64,000 nt of DNA from Octopus vulgaris (taxonomy: Eukaryota), in NCBI GenBank assembly GCA_951406725.2, contig OX597821.1, forward strand, positions 79,360,001 to 79,424,000, in the 5' to 3' direction. The notes beneath the pieces are model-generated. The model was given only the letters and a program-made list of their open reading frames with translations. It was not told where the DNA came from and made no database searches. Made by a program: the position numbers and the translations under genes. Below are positions 14,194 to 27,019 of this stretch, in pieces; position 1 is the stretch's first letter; each line of letters begins with the position of its first letter.

Positions 14194-16206
14194 CAGGGGC
14201 GTGCACTCTCAGGTATGCAAGGTATGCGTTGCATGCCCTGTGATTTTTTTATCCATATGATCGGAAAATTAGATAAAATATTTACTTTGTTTCAAAGAAA
14301 ATCCGTCCAGTTGTATTTTTCTCCCCTTCTCTCTCAGTGACTCTACTTCTGCTTTTAGAAGTCATGCATTGACAAGACCAGCATGTTAGACACTCCCTCT
14401 CTGTCTCAGTTTGTCCTTCCTTCCTCTCTCTCTCACTCTTAGCGACTTGTTTAAAAGACATGCTAAGGGGATAGGGCATTTGAAATATTTTTACCCCCTT
14501 CCTCTTTCTCTTAGTGGCTATGCTGTGGGAAGACCCGCATGACCTCCCTCTCTGTCTCTTAGTTTGTCCCTCCTTCCTCTCTCTCTCTTAGTGAATTGAT
14601 AAAACAGATGCTAGGAGGAAAGGTCGTTTATAATATTTTGTACCCCCTTCCACTTTCTCTCAGTGGCATGTCATGCTATGAGCTGACCGCATGATACCCA
14701 CTCTTTCTGTATCTTTCTGTTTTGTTGAAATTGACTTACAATTTACGCCGGCGCTTCCACGTGTGTTCGTATATAAGAACAGCCTTTTACGAAATGAGTG
14801 AAATGTGTGTTATAAACGATATTTTGAGAAATAGTTTTCCGAAAGGGGAATTCGATGGAAAATAATTAATTATATTGGTGGGAGACCAACACCGAAAAGG
14901 GCTAATGCATTAGATAACATTGTTAAAAAAAGATTTCCGAAGGCAACAGCCTCACGGCTTATTATTACCACAAAGGAAAATTATCATTTCATAATCAGCC
15001 TTTTTGAGCACATCATTGAAAATCCTGAAGCATGGGATGATACCACCATAAATTCAGCAATTGAATTCTTACAAACTTTAAAAGCTCCTGATTTCTTATT
15101 TTTGTTAGAAGTATTCAGTGAGATTTTTTCTTTTTTCATATTTAACATCCTCCAGAGTAAAAGTCATGACATAGTGTATTGTAAAGATCAAATAGATAAA
15201 ACTAGAACTGTACTCGAAAACAAACTTGATAATTTTTCAATCTCTTTTACTTGTTTCAGTCATTTGACTGCGGCCATGCTCGAGCACCGCCTTTAATCGA
15301 GCAACTCGAGCCCGGGACTTATTCTATCGGTCTATTTTGCCGAACCGCTAAGTAACGGGGACATAAACACACCAGCATCGGTTGCCAAGCAATGCTAGGA
15401 GGACAAACACAGACGCACAAACACACACACGCATATATATATACATATATACCACGGGCTTCTTTCAGTTTCCGTCTACCAAATCCACTCACAAGGCTTT
15501 GGTCGGCTCGAGACTATAGTAGAAGACCCTTGCCCAAGGTGCCACGCAGTGGAACTGAACCCGGGGGGAAAAATATGGAGTCGATGCAGGAATCGGAATT
15601 CAGAGATCCAAGAATATATCTATTGAGCCCCAACGACTTTATATAATGCTTTATAACAAAATTATCAGTACAATAGTTGACCAAATAAAAGCACGATATT
15701 CATCCTTAGAAGAGTTTAAATTCATGGAACTTTCGAATTTCAACAAATTTGATGAGTATTGCAAACAATTTAAAAATCATGGGTACTATTTAAGAAGAGT
15801 AGTCCCGGTGCGCGCAACCGAGCATCCACGCCAGCTAGTCGTGACTAGTCGATCCTTACTTTGTGTTTTATTTACTTTGTTTAAAACATTATTTACTTTG
15901 TGTTTTTGTGTTTTATATATTTTGTTTAAAAAATTTATTTACTTTGCTAGATAGTCGTAGGATCGACTAGTCACGACTGGCCAGCGCGGATGCGCGAGCG
16001 CGCGCAACGGGACCACTCTTCTTAAATAGTACCAGGGCGACTTTTTTTTTTTTATTCTAGGTCATACGGGGTTGATTGCATATTCAGAATCTCCCATATG
16101 TAAATCGTAGGAATTCGAAAATTTTTTTACTGAAAAATTGCCCGGGGGGGGGGGGGGCAAAGAAATTCATTGCATGCCCAGCCCCGGAAGTCACCGCACG
16201 CCACTG
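14194..16206 (+). mobile_element. Internally deleted hAT DNA transposon
   Basis: Exact 8-bp TSD AATTCCAC (14186-14193 / 16207-16214); TIR CAGGGGCGTGC / GCACGCCACTG; transposase-like remnants (15102.., 15646..); carries a SINE (15243-15565) and a MITE. Confidence 0.85.
15782..16033. mobile_element. MITE nested in the hAT element
   Basis: About 75-bp imperfect TIRs GGTACTATTTAAGAAGAGT...ACTCTTCTTAAATAGTACC. Confidence 0.75.
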
Positions 16207-16260
16207 AATTCCACTAACGGTTTTTATTAACATCTTCGTTCAACTCCATTTATTTATTTA

Positions 16261-16302
<42 letters not shown>

Positions 16303-16397
16303 ATCCAAAAATGATAACACAAAGAGAAAATGCAAGAAGGCGAGGATGTAGAACAAGTATATTGTTATTGGACGCTCAGGACAGGAAAAAAAGGAGG

Positions 16398-16432
16398 GTT
16401 TAACGTTTCGAGCGGAGCTCTTCGTCAGAAAC
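16398..16432 (-). ncRNA. Minimal type I hammerhead ribozyme motif
   Basis: GTTT CTGACGA A GAGC-TCC-GCTC GAAAC GTTA AAC. Confidence 0.65.
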
Positions 16433-16820
16433 ATAGGAAAAGGAAAGATCCAAAGAAGGGAAAACGGAGGAAAGAAATCGGGTACAGAAAACAATTCTAG
16501 ACTCAACCGACTGCGACAGCAAATTACTACTATCTGTTTTGTAAATTAAACAGTGTGGCCTAGACTCGTTTTCTAGGAGTGGCTGCACCAGTCGAATAAC
16601 TAGCAGCAGTAATAATAATGGTAGTAGTAGTCGTGAGTTCTTCCCCCTGGGGTTTTAATAGAAATCGGGTTCTTCGACCCCTTGTGTGAATAACTTGCAA
16701 ATCCATATATATATACATGAACAAAAACATATATATATATATATATATAAATTCGGTATGTGGTAAGGCAATTCGTTGCCAAACCCTTTATTGCTATATA
16801 TATATATATATATATATATA

Positions 16821-17091
16821 ATTGTTATCGCCATATTACTATGGCATTCTTATAGATATAAGAATAATCGCTGCCGCTGGTCAGCTCCATGAGGCCACCG
16901 CCTTAAGATAGCTATTGATACACGATCTGTATCCATTAGAACCTTCGAACAAGGGAGGTCAGCCGCTTCACGCTGCCATTCCGACAGCTACAGACGCGTT
17001 TCGGAGTATTGCGGTGGCCTCATGGAGCTGACCAGCGGCAGCGATTATTCTTATATCTATAAGAATGCCATAGTAATATGGCGATAACAAT
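16821..17091. repeat. Fold-back element in (TA)n
   Basis: 16821-16901 is the reverse complement of 17011-17091. Confidence 0.85.
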
Positions 17092-17151
17092 TAATTTCCA
17101 GTAAACGCTGCCGTAATCTCTTTTATAGAAACTTAGTAATTTTAATATTTC

Positions 17152-17183
<32 letters not shown>

Positions 17184-17189
<6 letters not shown>

Positions 17190-17416
17190 AATAGAAAAGT
17201 GTGAAAAAACTACAGAAGGCTTGTTTTATAAGGTTAAAGAATATATGTAAGTCGCTATGTTAGAAAAAAGCTATAAAATTTTGCATATAGTAACCCAAAA
17301 ACTATGTTACTATATGTAAAATTTTATAACTTTTTTCTAACATAACGACTTAAATATATTCTTAAACCTTATAAAACAAGCCTTCTGTAGTTTTTTCACT
17401 CTTTTCTATTTTCTAT
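17184..17416. repeat. Hairpin with arms of about 110 bp in (TA)n
   Basis: Arms are reverse-complementary around an approximately 10-nt loop near 17300. Confidence 0.85.
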
Positions 17417-17453
17417 ATATCCAACCACGTGCTTTCACACACCAACTTTCTCA

Positions 17454-17495
<42 letters not shown>

Positions 17496-17496
<1 letters not shown>

Positions 17497-18032
17497 TTAT
17501 TTAACCTAATTTTGAGACACCAGCAAAAGACGGATTTCGACTGATGTACTTGCGCGTACAAATGCACGTTCCCACTGCTTTATGGATCGCATTCTCACCT
17601 CGAATCGATTTTTGTAATTTTTTCAAGACTTAAACACGCCCTGATACCGTCGGCTTCGACATATCAAATTTGAGTGCAATCGGATGGAGGATGTCCGAGA
17701 TCGTAGAATATATATATATATATATACATACACATACACACACATACATATTTATTATATAAAATCCGTTCTGTGTGTGTGTGTCTGTGTGTGTGTGTGT
17801 TATTGTGTTTGTGCGTGTCTTCTAGGATCTCGGGCATCCTCCATCCGATTGCGCTCAAATTTGATATGTAAATGCCGACGGTATCAGGGCGTGTATAAGT
17901 CTTGAAAAAATTACAAAAATTGATTCCAGGTGAGAATGCGATCCATAAAGCCGTGGGAACGTGCATTTGTACGCGCAAGTACAAAGTCAAAATCCGTCTT
18001 TTGCTGGTGTCTCACAATTAGGTTAAATAAGT
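17496..18032. mobile_element. MITE-like element with inverted arms of about 200 bp
   Basis: ACTTATTTAACCTAATT...AATTAGGTTAAATAAGT termini; microsatellite in the centre. Confidence 0.7.
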
Positions 18033-18138
18033 GTTTCTCAAAAGGGAGGCCTATGGGATGGTCGGACAAGTTTGAGAAAATTTGGTTTAAATATTTGACA
18101 ACTCAGCACCGTCCATTGGACGAGGGGGCGTTTTGCTC

Positions 18139-18202
<64 letters not shown>

Positions 18203-18250
18203 TGTGTGTGTATGAATATATGTGTATACCTTTATATGTATGTGTATGTG

Positions 18251-18281
<31 letters not shown>

Positions 18282-18297
18282 ATGCATAATATGTATA

Positions 18298-18376
<79 letters not shown>

Positions 18377-18582
18377 CATTAAATATCCCTATAACAAGTC
18401 TAAATATCCTCATAGTGACAGCATGCACACAAATATACACAAACACATACACGGACGCGGAGATACTGGAAGATAACGAAAATGCAGTTAGCTTAGGACT
18501 TAAGGTACGTGGACGTCGTCAAATTCAAAGTTTACTCTCGAGAGGAAAATATAAATACCAGAAGCTGTGGCTTCGTATTTAC

Positions 18583-18675
18583 CTGTATGTTATGCACCAT
18601 CTTAATTCCGCACACCGCTTTCTACTTGCTATTTTATAGGTCACGATTCTATAACAGCCCTTCCAACATTTGCGC
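18583..18675 (-). CDS. Gene A exon 2 (93 nt): (L)[30 protein letters not shown]
   Basis: ttttctcttttcag acceptor, AG|GTAAAT donor, phase 2-2 compatible with exon 1, open frame; Cys spacing matches gene B exon 2. Confidence 0.8.
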
Positions 18676-18905
18676 CTGAAAAGAGAAAAAAAATGGGGGA
18701 TATATTTCTTTATATGTGTGTATATATATATATATATATACAAACGGTCCTACACACATATATACATACATATATCTTTATAAATATACACCTATATTTA
18801 TATATATTCATATATATATATATATTTTCTCTGCCCCAAGGCACATTTCTAACACGCCAGCTGAGTTCAATTCGTCTAAGTCGAAAGACGCCTCTTGTGA
18901 TGTCC

Positions 18906-18975
<70 letters not shown>

Positions 18976-18978
<3 letters not shown>

Positions 18979-19884
18979 TAGTTTTATTTTTATAGTGTGC
19001 GTTCACTTCACTACCGAGCGCAGCTCTGTGTGCCTTAGGTATGTGCTGTGATTTGTTGTGATGCTCTGATGGTTATTGTATGGAAAGTGTTCTGCGTAGG
19101 ATGTGTGCAGTGCCTAGTAGTGCAATTTTCTGTATGTTATATGTGTTTGTAAGTCCTGGTGTTTTTGTTATGTATTTGTCTGAATATTTTTTATCATGCC
19201 TATTGCACCTACTATGATAGGAATTGTTTCTGTTTTTAGATTCTACATTCTGGTTACCTCTATTTCCAGGTCTTTGTATTTTGAAAGTTTCTCCATTTCT
19301 TTTAGAGACACATTGTCATCTGCCGGTATTGATACATCAATTAGAAAGCATTTTTTTCTTCATGATCTCTGACAACTATATCTGGTCTGTTAGCCTTAAT
19401 TTCTCTATCTGTGTGTATCGGCATATCCCTGAGTATGGTTGCCTTCTCGTTTTCTGTGACCTTTTCTGGTGTGTGCCTATACCATCTTTTTTCTGTTGTT
19501 ATTCCATAATGTTGGCATAGCTTCCAGTGTATGTAGGTTCCAACTATGTCATGTCTGTGAATATATTCCTTCTTAGCCAGGACTGGGCAGCTAGAGATAA
19601 TATGATTTATTGTTTCTTGTCCATCTCCAAATATTCTGCAGTTACTTGCTATATTTCTTTTCATTACATGTTTTTGGTAATTTCTGGTGGAGAGGCTTTG
19701 ATCTTGTGCTGCAATTAAAAATCCCTCTGACTCTGCTTTGAGTCCTGAGCTTCTCAACCATTGCTGGGATTTTTCTTTGTCTATTTCTTTTGCGTTTAGT
19801 TTAGTCCAGTATTTACCATGAAGGGGCTTTTCTTGCCATCGTTTTATCATGGTTCGTTGCTGTTCTATTTTTAGTTTGGATTTC

Positions 19885-19888
<4 letters not shown>
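18976..19888 (-). mobile_element. R4/Dong-like family A fragment
   Basis: Near-identical to 868-1790; (ATT)n on both sides. Confidence 0.9.
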
Positions 19889-19944
<56 letters not shown>

Positions 19945-20232
19945 CATCATTATTATTATTATTGTTTTTTCGTATTATTTTTGTATTTATATTCGTGTAA
20001 CATCGTCCGTTTTTCCGTCCTTGTTTCATATACATTCGAAGCTTTTTTCCTAAGTAATCTAATGCGCTTAGCTTAGTTTTTCCTTGGGGCTGGCCAAATC
20101 GGAGCTATCTCAAGATTAATCAGCCGAAATTGCGAGGATGATCCGGTTCTTGACTGAAGATTGAAGGCTTCGAACGACCCGTCCGTGTTTTTTTGTATCG
20201 TCTTCTAAATGTTTTGCGTTCTTGTCCCAATT

Positions 20233-20278
<46 letters not shown>

Positions 20279-20329
20279 AACACATGCGCGTGAACATATA
20301 TATGGATATATATAATTGGAGATATGAAT

Positions 20330-20770
20330 CCTTAAATCCTTAAAAATGTTTTATCCCTAAGGCCGCGGCCATGCTGGGGCACCACCGCTGAATGAGCTAC
20401 ACTAATATGTGAATCCACCTCTGATACGTGGCACTTGATCAACAAGGGAGTTCGATGCCGCTGCCCGCATCTGTGTCTCCTGTCGTGAGGTAGGTTCATC
20501 TGGGACCTCCGACAAAAAGAGATCCAGTTTAGTTTTAAAGAAACCCACATCCACACCATGTAAGTCTCTCAGGCATTTAGGGAGGATGTTAAAGAGCTGT
20601 GGTCCTCTGAAACCCAAGCTGTTGCAGTATCTGGACCTGTATTTTAATGGTGATGTTGGAATCTTTGACACCATGCGGTGGCGCCCCGTTCTGCGGTTGG
20701 GATAACTTTGAATGCCAAAGTTTGGGACAAGACCCTCCAGGATTTTCCAGATGTATATCACCGCATATCT
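20330..20770 (-). mobile_element. CR1-group LINE 3' end, same family as 42640-46110
   Basis: Reverse complement of 45685-46110, including the AAGGATTTAAGGAT tail. Confidence 0.85.
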
Positions 20771-20803
20771 CTCCCGCCTTATATATATACATATATGGAT
20801 ATC

Positions 20804-20844
<41 letters not shown>

Positions 20845-20963
20845 CAATATAAGGAATGGCCCTAATAGGCCATTCGACTCACTAGAAAGAGCAGCCAAAC
20901 TCAAACCGCTAAATAGTTGTAATTCTGAAATTGAAAGAGAAATAAAAACATTTGCCCTTTTCA

Positions 20964-21058
20964 TCTCCGGACTATGCATAGTTTCGACAAAACTTTGTAA
21001 ACAAATTAATTAAATTAAATTAAATTTATTTACAACTTGCGTGTCTCGTCAGCAGAGA
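20964..21058 (-). ncRNA. Type I hammerhead ribozyme (mirror copy)
   Basis: Reverse complement of 21348-21443 with an intact core. Confidence 0.75.
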
Positions 21059-21347
21059 AGCCGAGGACGAGTATATGGTAAACAAATTGATTACATTAAA
21101 TTCATTTACAACAGGCGTGTCTCGTCAGCAGAGAAGCCGAGGACGAGTATATGGTAAACAAAAAAATTAAATTAAATTTATTTACAACTGGCGTGTCTCA
21201 TCAGCAGAGAAGCCGAGTACGAGTATATGTCCACGAGGCGACGGCAAAGAAGCCTCCAGTCTATATGCTCTAAATTTTCAAAAGTTAGAGCATATAGACT
21301 GGAGGCTTATTTGCCGTCGCCTCGTGGACATATACTCGTCCTCGGCT

Positions 21348-21443
21348 TCTCTGCTGACGAGACACGCCAGTTGTAAATAAATTTAATTTAATTTAATTAA
21401 TTTGTTTACCAAAGTTTTGTCGAAACTATGCATAGTCCAGAGA
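21348..21443 (+). ncRNA. Type I hammerhead ribozyme
   Basis: Stem I TCTCTG/CAGAGA; core CTGACGA; stem II GACA...TGTC; GAAAC; palindromic stem III ACTATGCATAGT; GTC cleavage triplet. Confidence 0.8.
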
Positions 21444-21663
21444 TAAAAAGGGTAAATGTTTTTATTTCTCTTTCAATTTCAGAATTACAACTATTTAGCG
21501 GTTTGAGTTTGGCTGCTCTTTCTAGTGAGTCGAATGGCCTATTAGGGCCATTCCTAATATTGTTGAATGTATATTATATAGTCTTTGACTATATCTCCTT
21601 TCTCACTAGACCGCTGGTAGCGGAGAATTTTTTCTAGAATTTTTTTGCTACCCTTATATTTAT

Positions 21664-21697
<34 letters not shown>

Positions 21698-22063
21698 GGT
21701 AAAAAAAATACAAACTGGGACAAGAACGTAAAACATTTAGAAGACGATACAAAAATACACGGACGGGACATTCGAAGCCTTCAATCTTCAGTCAAGAACC
21801 GGATCATCCTCGCAATTTCGGCTGATTAATCTTGAGATTGCTCCGATCCGGCCAGCCCCAAGGAAAAAACTAAGCTACGAGCATTAGATTTTTTGGAAAA
21901 AGGATCGAATGTATACGAAACAAGGACAGATGCCACACAAATATAAATACAAAAAACAATAATAGTAATAACAGGACAAAAACAGCGGGTGTCTTACGAC
22001 TATAGACAGTACAACTTAGCTTAGCTGGCGAATTTGGAAAAAATGCCTTTTTCGATATATAAT

Positions 22064-22089
<26 letters not shown>

Positions 22090-22096
<7 letters not shown>

Positions 22097-23030
22097 ATAT
22101 CACAGCTGCATCCTCGTTACACGAGAAAAGCCGTTGCCAAGAAGACTTACTGAAATGTTTCATGATTCTTTTCATGTGATGCCCTTACATTACTTTTAAG
22201 CCTGGCCAAGCTTTTACACGTTTCATTACATACTAGACAACTGTGCTGGCGTGCAGGAGAAACAGGTTCCACCATATGCACTCCCTTAACATCCCTATTT
22301 AGACCTCCACCTAAGAGGCACACCCTTCCACATATTACAAACGTTCTGTTATGAAATTTAATTGCCATATCATTGCTTATAATGGGTCGATTTCTATGAG
22401 AATTTTGATGGCTCACCAGGCCTGCACGACTCAGACACCTCCGCCCACAAACCACACACATAAAAAGCAACACACTCTCACTTTCCACAGGTTCCCCCTT
22501 CTAAGATTCCTCCTAATTCTCACGTACTTCACTCTCTCCCTCTCAAACCTTGAACACCCATCATACATTCATCATCTTCCTACATCCATCACGGTCTTGT
22601 GTTTCCCTCTTCCAATTACCAGTAACAATTCCTGTCTGAAATAGTGCATTTTAAAGGCAATCCTTAAACCTTATGCGCTGATCTCCTGCCATCTTCCATC
22701 TCACCATACAATAGCTGCTTGAGCAGTCGCTCACCACTCATCCTTATCAAATGTCCCACCCGCCACTCAAACGTTTTTGCAAAACAATTGACTCTATACT
22801 CCTACTGCCACTCCTCTCAAGTACCTACACATTACTAATGGCCATTTTCCAGTTTATCTCCAAAATGTTTCTCAAACAGTATTGATGAAATCGCTCCAAT
22901 TGCCTTACCTGCCTACAGTAAACAACCCATGCCTCACTTCCATATAGCAAAGATGGGAGGACGTATGTGTTATATACCTTAACTTTAATTCGTGAAGGTA
23001 TATTATGTTGTTTTCCTAGACACCTATATG
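22090..23030 (-). mobile_element. Degenerate RTE-clade LINE 3' part with C2H2 fingers
   Basis: KVKVYNTYVLPSLLYGSEAW..LERFHQYCLRNIL; CVVCGRRCLSRAGLVSHQNSH. Confidence 0.8.
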
Positions 23031-23036
23031 TGTGTG

Positions 23037-23067
<31 letters not shown>

Positions 23068-23340
23068 ATGCATATATATATATAATGATGAAATTAACCT
23101 CTCTATCTATATATGTACAATCTTTGTAATGTTGGCAAATGAAATAAGTATAAAAATGTACATTGTCCATTTAATTAAAAAATTCCATATGTGGCTGAAG
23201 ATTGCTCGACATTTTAAAACTGATGTAATACTTACAGTGTTTAATAATATGAAGTAGCATAAAACGATTGTACTACATTACTTTGGATATCTTTGTTGCT
23301 TATTTTGATTATATGTGTGTGTGTACACATATACATATAT

Positions 23341-23406
<66 letters not shown>

Positions 23407-23749
23407 ATATAGACACCTATATACATTCACTTGGAGGCAGCGTAGCTGCCTAACTGCTATGGCTGCCGAATATATATGTAACTTAGAGCGACACGGTATT
23501 TGTGATGCTTTTTCTCAAAGCAGTGAACATCACGTCAGCTCTATTAAGGAAATTCAAAGGCCACATGATAGTATATCAAGAGAAAAGAAAACTGACATCT
23601 ACAATCTATTTGCTCATTGCTTTAAGCTGTGCTCTATTAATATTCGTCACAAGAGACAGATTTGGTAACATCCTCCTCAGAAATTGAATTTGGTCAAGAA
23701 AAGTGTTTGTGATTGCCGAAAAATACGGAGACTAATGGCCCGTCTATCT

Positions 23750-24210
23750 TCCTTGTCCAGAAGCTGGCTACCCGCATGGTTCTAGGTCTCAAGCCTTTGA
23801 CTTATGAAGAAAGGCTGAGGACGCTCGACCTTTATTCTCTAGAAAAACGACGACGCCATGGTGATCTCATTCTTGCTCACAACATCATAAGCGGAAAGTG
23901 TAACCTCTCGAAAGAGCTGTTCTTCACTCCTGCTCCAGAGCGTCGGCTGCGGGGTCACTCCGAAAAGCACTATCTGCGACGATTTCACCTCAATCGAAGG
24001 AGAGGGGCTTTCTCTGTCCGGGTTGCGGATCCGTGGAATAAGCTGCCGGACGAGATAGTGAAGATGCCGACGACCGCTCGGTTCAAAGTCTCCCTTGACC
24101 ACAAATGGCCAGAACTCTTTGCATGACCACCACCCTGTACATAACTCCCTGTCCCCCCTACATGGCCTTGCTTTTTGCTTTTTGAGTCAAAAAATTAACT
24201 TAACTTAACT
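23750..24210 (+). mobile_element. CR1-group LINE 3' fragment
   Basis: ORF 23713..24126 homologous to 4230..4766; TTAACTTAACT tail. Confidence 0.85.
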
Positions 24211-24414
24211 TGTCTCTGATTAACTATGTTATGAATGACTGGGCGAGAATAGTGTAAACGTTGGTTTTGTGAACAAAGCTAGAGTGATTAACGTGGGAAT
24301 GGAATATTTCGGCAGATTTTGGGAAATATGGCAATCAGAATTGTTTACATTCAATAAAACAGTATTTCACAATTCTGTAAATAATAATTATAAACCTAAA
24401 GCTTATAAGTAATC

Positions 24415-25000
24415 AGACGCAGGAGTGGCTGTGTGGTAAGTAGCTTGTTTACCAACCACATGGTTCCGGGTTCAGTCCGACTGCGTGGCACCTTGTGCAA
24501 GTGTCTTCTACTAGATCCTCGGGCCGACCAAAGCCTTGTGAGTGGATATGGTAGACGGAAACTGAAAGAAGCCCGTCGTATATATATATATATAGGCGCA
24601 GGTGTGGCTGTGTGGTAAGTAGCTTGTTTACCAACCACATGGTTCCGGTTTCAGTCCCACTACGTGGCACCTTGGGCAAGTGTCTTCTGCTAGTGCCTCG
24701 GGCCGACCAAAGCCTTGTGGGTGGATTTGGTAGATAGAAACTGAAAGAAGCCCGTCGTATATATGTATATATATATGTGTGCGCGTATGTTTGTGTGTCT
24801 GTGTTTGTCCCCCTAGCATTGCTTGACAACCGATGCTGGTGTGTTTATGTCCCCGTTACTTAGCGGTTCGGCAAAAGAGACCGATAGAATAAGTACAGGC
24901 CTTACAAAAGAATAAGTCCCGGATTCGAGTTGCTCGATTAAAGGTTGTGCTCCAGCATGGCCGTAGTCAAATGACTGAAACAAGTAAAAGAGTAAAAGAG
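24415..25000 (+). mobile_element. OK-like SINE with duplicated tRNA-like head
   Basis: Two GCAGGAGTGGCTGTGTGGTAAG-type heads followed by one body and tail. Confidence 0.8.
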
Positions 25001-25145
25001 AGTATAGTATTAGCACTCGACCCCGCTTCTCCATTTATCGCAGAATACGCACATATCCCAGAATGCTTTAACTCTGTAAGTGTTTATAGCAACAGTTAAG
25101 ACTCTGGACTAGTAACAAAAGTACGAGGATATCAACAATTACTAG

Positions 25146-25690
25146 GCGGTGAGCTGGCAGAAATGTTAGCACGCCGGGCGAAATGCGTAGCCGTATTTCG
25201 TCAGTCTATACGTTCTGAGTTCAAATTACGCCGAGGTCGACTTTGCCTTTCATCCTTCCGGGGTCGATAAATTAAGTTCCAGTTACGCACTGGGGTCGAT
25301 GTAATCAACTTAATCCGTTTGTTTGTCCTTGTTTGTCCCCTCTGGTAGTAAAGAAATAGGTATTTCGTCTGCCGTTACGTTCTGAGTTCAAATTACGCCG
25401 AGGTCGACTTTGCCTTTCATTCTTTCGGGGTCGATAAATTAAGTACCAGTTACACACTGGTGTTCGATGTAATCGACTTAATCCATTTGTCTGTCCTTGT
25501 TTGTCCTCTCTGTGTTTAGCCCCTTGTGGGTAGTAAAGAAATATATACGTTCTGAGTTCAAATTTCGCCGAGGTCGACTTGACCTTTCATTCTTTCGAGG
25601 TCGATAAATTAAGTACCAGTTGCGTACTGGGGTTGATCTAATTGACTGCCCCCCCCCCCCTCTCCCAAAATTTAGGGCCTTGTGCCTAGA
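25146..25690 (+). mobile_element. Deu/Nin-like SINE with three tandem body units
   Basis: TACGTTCTGAGTTCAAAT..GAGGTCGACTTTG repeated near 25210, 25378 and 25548. Confidence 0.8.
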
Positions 25691-25921
25691 GCAGAATAAG
25701 ATATTAACAATTACTAGTAACTTGCGTGTAAAGGGTGACAATGAGGAGATCGATATTAAATGAATGTATACTGACAGAGGCTTACAGTTAGTCCGGAGAG
25801 CCTGTAGGTGTGGCAAAGGGTAAGTAAAGAAAGAAATGAGTACAACAGGGAATGAAGGTAATGATATCATGAGATGAAGTAAAGAACACCTAAATAGATT
25901 TGGAATAAAAGAGTGACTTAC

Positions 25922-26490
25922 AGACGTTTGGACACAGCAAGACTTTCTCCTTCCGTCGTCGAGTTACCAGAATCAACTGTTTCGTTATGAAACGGCGAAA
26001 CTCCAGTCACCGGGTCAACTTCACTGTCGGATTCTTCATCAATTGCATCAACTACCTCTGAAGCGTCTTCATTCCCTGACTCGTCCGGGTCCCCTGATTC
26101 GTATTCATCTCCTCCCTCGTCGTCATCGTCTGACTCGTCACCATCCCCTCCCTGATCGTCATCCTCTGACTCCTCATCAGCCGATAACGCTTCATCGTCT
26201 GACTCTTCTTCATCCTCTGGCTCGCCTTCATCCTCTGACTCGCCTTCATCCTCCGACTCACCTTCATCCTCTGACTCGTCATCATTCCCTGGCGACTCGC
26301 CGTCCCCTAGGTCTTTATCACTCCCTAAATCTTCTTCATCATCTGGTAGTGGTGCACTCTCTTGTTCTTCCCCTCCTTCCCTAGTCCCTGGCAGTCCTGT
26401 AGCCACCGACGGTCCTTGAGTCGACTGCTGTCCTTCAGTCACCCAAAGACCAACAACGAAAAGAAATAAGAAAAGGACGAGACTCTTCAT
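25922..26490 (-). CDS. Gene A exon 1: signal peptide + D/E-rich acidic region of a secreted protein
   Basis: CAGCCATG start; MKSLVLFLFLFVVGLWVTEG hydrophobic signal; ESEDEG repeats; ends AAACGTCT|GTAAGT (phase-2 donor). The track's stop codon lies inside the donor. Confidence 0.85.
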
Positions 26491-26727
26491 GGCTGTTATA
26501 TTTCTTTTCTCTTCAGTGTTCCTCTCGCTTCTCGACACACGAACCGCTTCTAATATCAGAAGGAATAGGTTTGATTAACACAGAATGTTTAAGTGTTGGA
26601 TTCGTCTTGTCTTTTGATCGTTCCTGCAACCCAAAGTAGTCTTCAGCAGCGAAAGCGGGAGTAGCAGCACCAGAATCTCGTTGCACAATCAGCCCGGTTC
26701 TCTCATATCTCCACGAAGACTCTCGCA

Positions 26728-26769
26728 TTTATAAGAAACCGTCACACTTTCCGGCTGCATTTTGATTGG
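26728..26769 (-). promoter_or_regulatory. Candidate CCAAT + TATA promoter of gene A
   Basis: Reverse complement of the gene B promoter (tttata 26728-26733, attgg 26765-26769). Confidence 0.5.
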
Positions 26770-27019
26770 ACGAAAACAATTGTTGATATCATCAGATCCG
26801 TAACGATTAAATAAAAGCCACCGAGACGCATTGTCTTACATAATTCAGCATCACCGCCATTTAAACAACCAGACAAACAGGAATTTTAGTGAATTTTCAC
26901 ATAAGTATGGGTGGGTGCGTTCTTTTTGAAAAAGCATAAATTCATACATATACAAACGTATATGTATAAATGTATTTATGCATGTATGCATGTATGTATG
27001 TGTGTATGTATGTATGTAT

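Larger units (their letters stand above)
20838..21570. mobile_element. Palindromic element with one hammerhead ribozyme in each arm
   Basis: Arms invert around about 21280; left arm has extra tandem units of about 75 bp; flanked by (TA)n. Confidence 0.8.

Noticed and set aside
16985-17030. Hammerhead-like GAAACGCGTC motif on the minus strand
   Set aside because: The CTGANGA box is degenerate (CCATGA); at most a relic.
20150-20190. CTGAAGA...GAA hammerhead-like core (mirror near 21770-21795)
   Set aside because: Lacks GAAAC and convincing stems I and III.
21020-21230. Repeat-spacer-like array suggesting CRISPR
   Set aside because: The units between repeats are similar to each other, the context is eukaryotic and there are no cas genes; it is a tandem duplication within a fold-back element.
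24415-24490. tRNA-like A/B boxes
   Set aside because: SINE heads continuing into multi-copy bodies; no complete cloverleaf seen.
26043-26384. His/Pro/Leu-rich ORF (also 33822..34163)
   Set aside because: Antisense frame of the acidic exon.
25918-26538. 206-aa single-exon ORFs as given in the track (also 33668..34288)
   Set aside because: They start at an upstream GTG and stop inside the GTAAGT donor; the better model starts at the ATG of MKSLV and splices.
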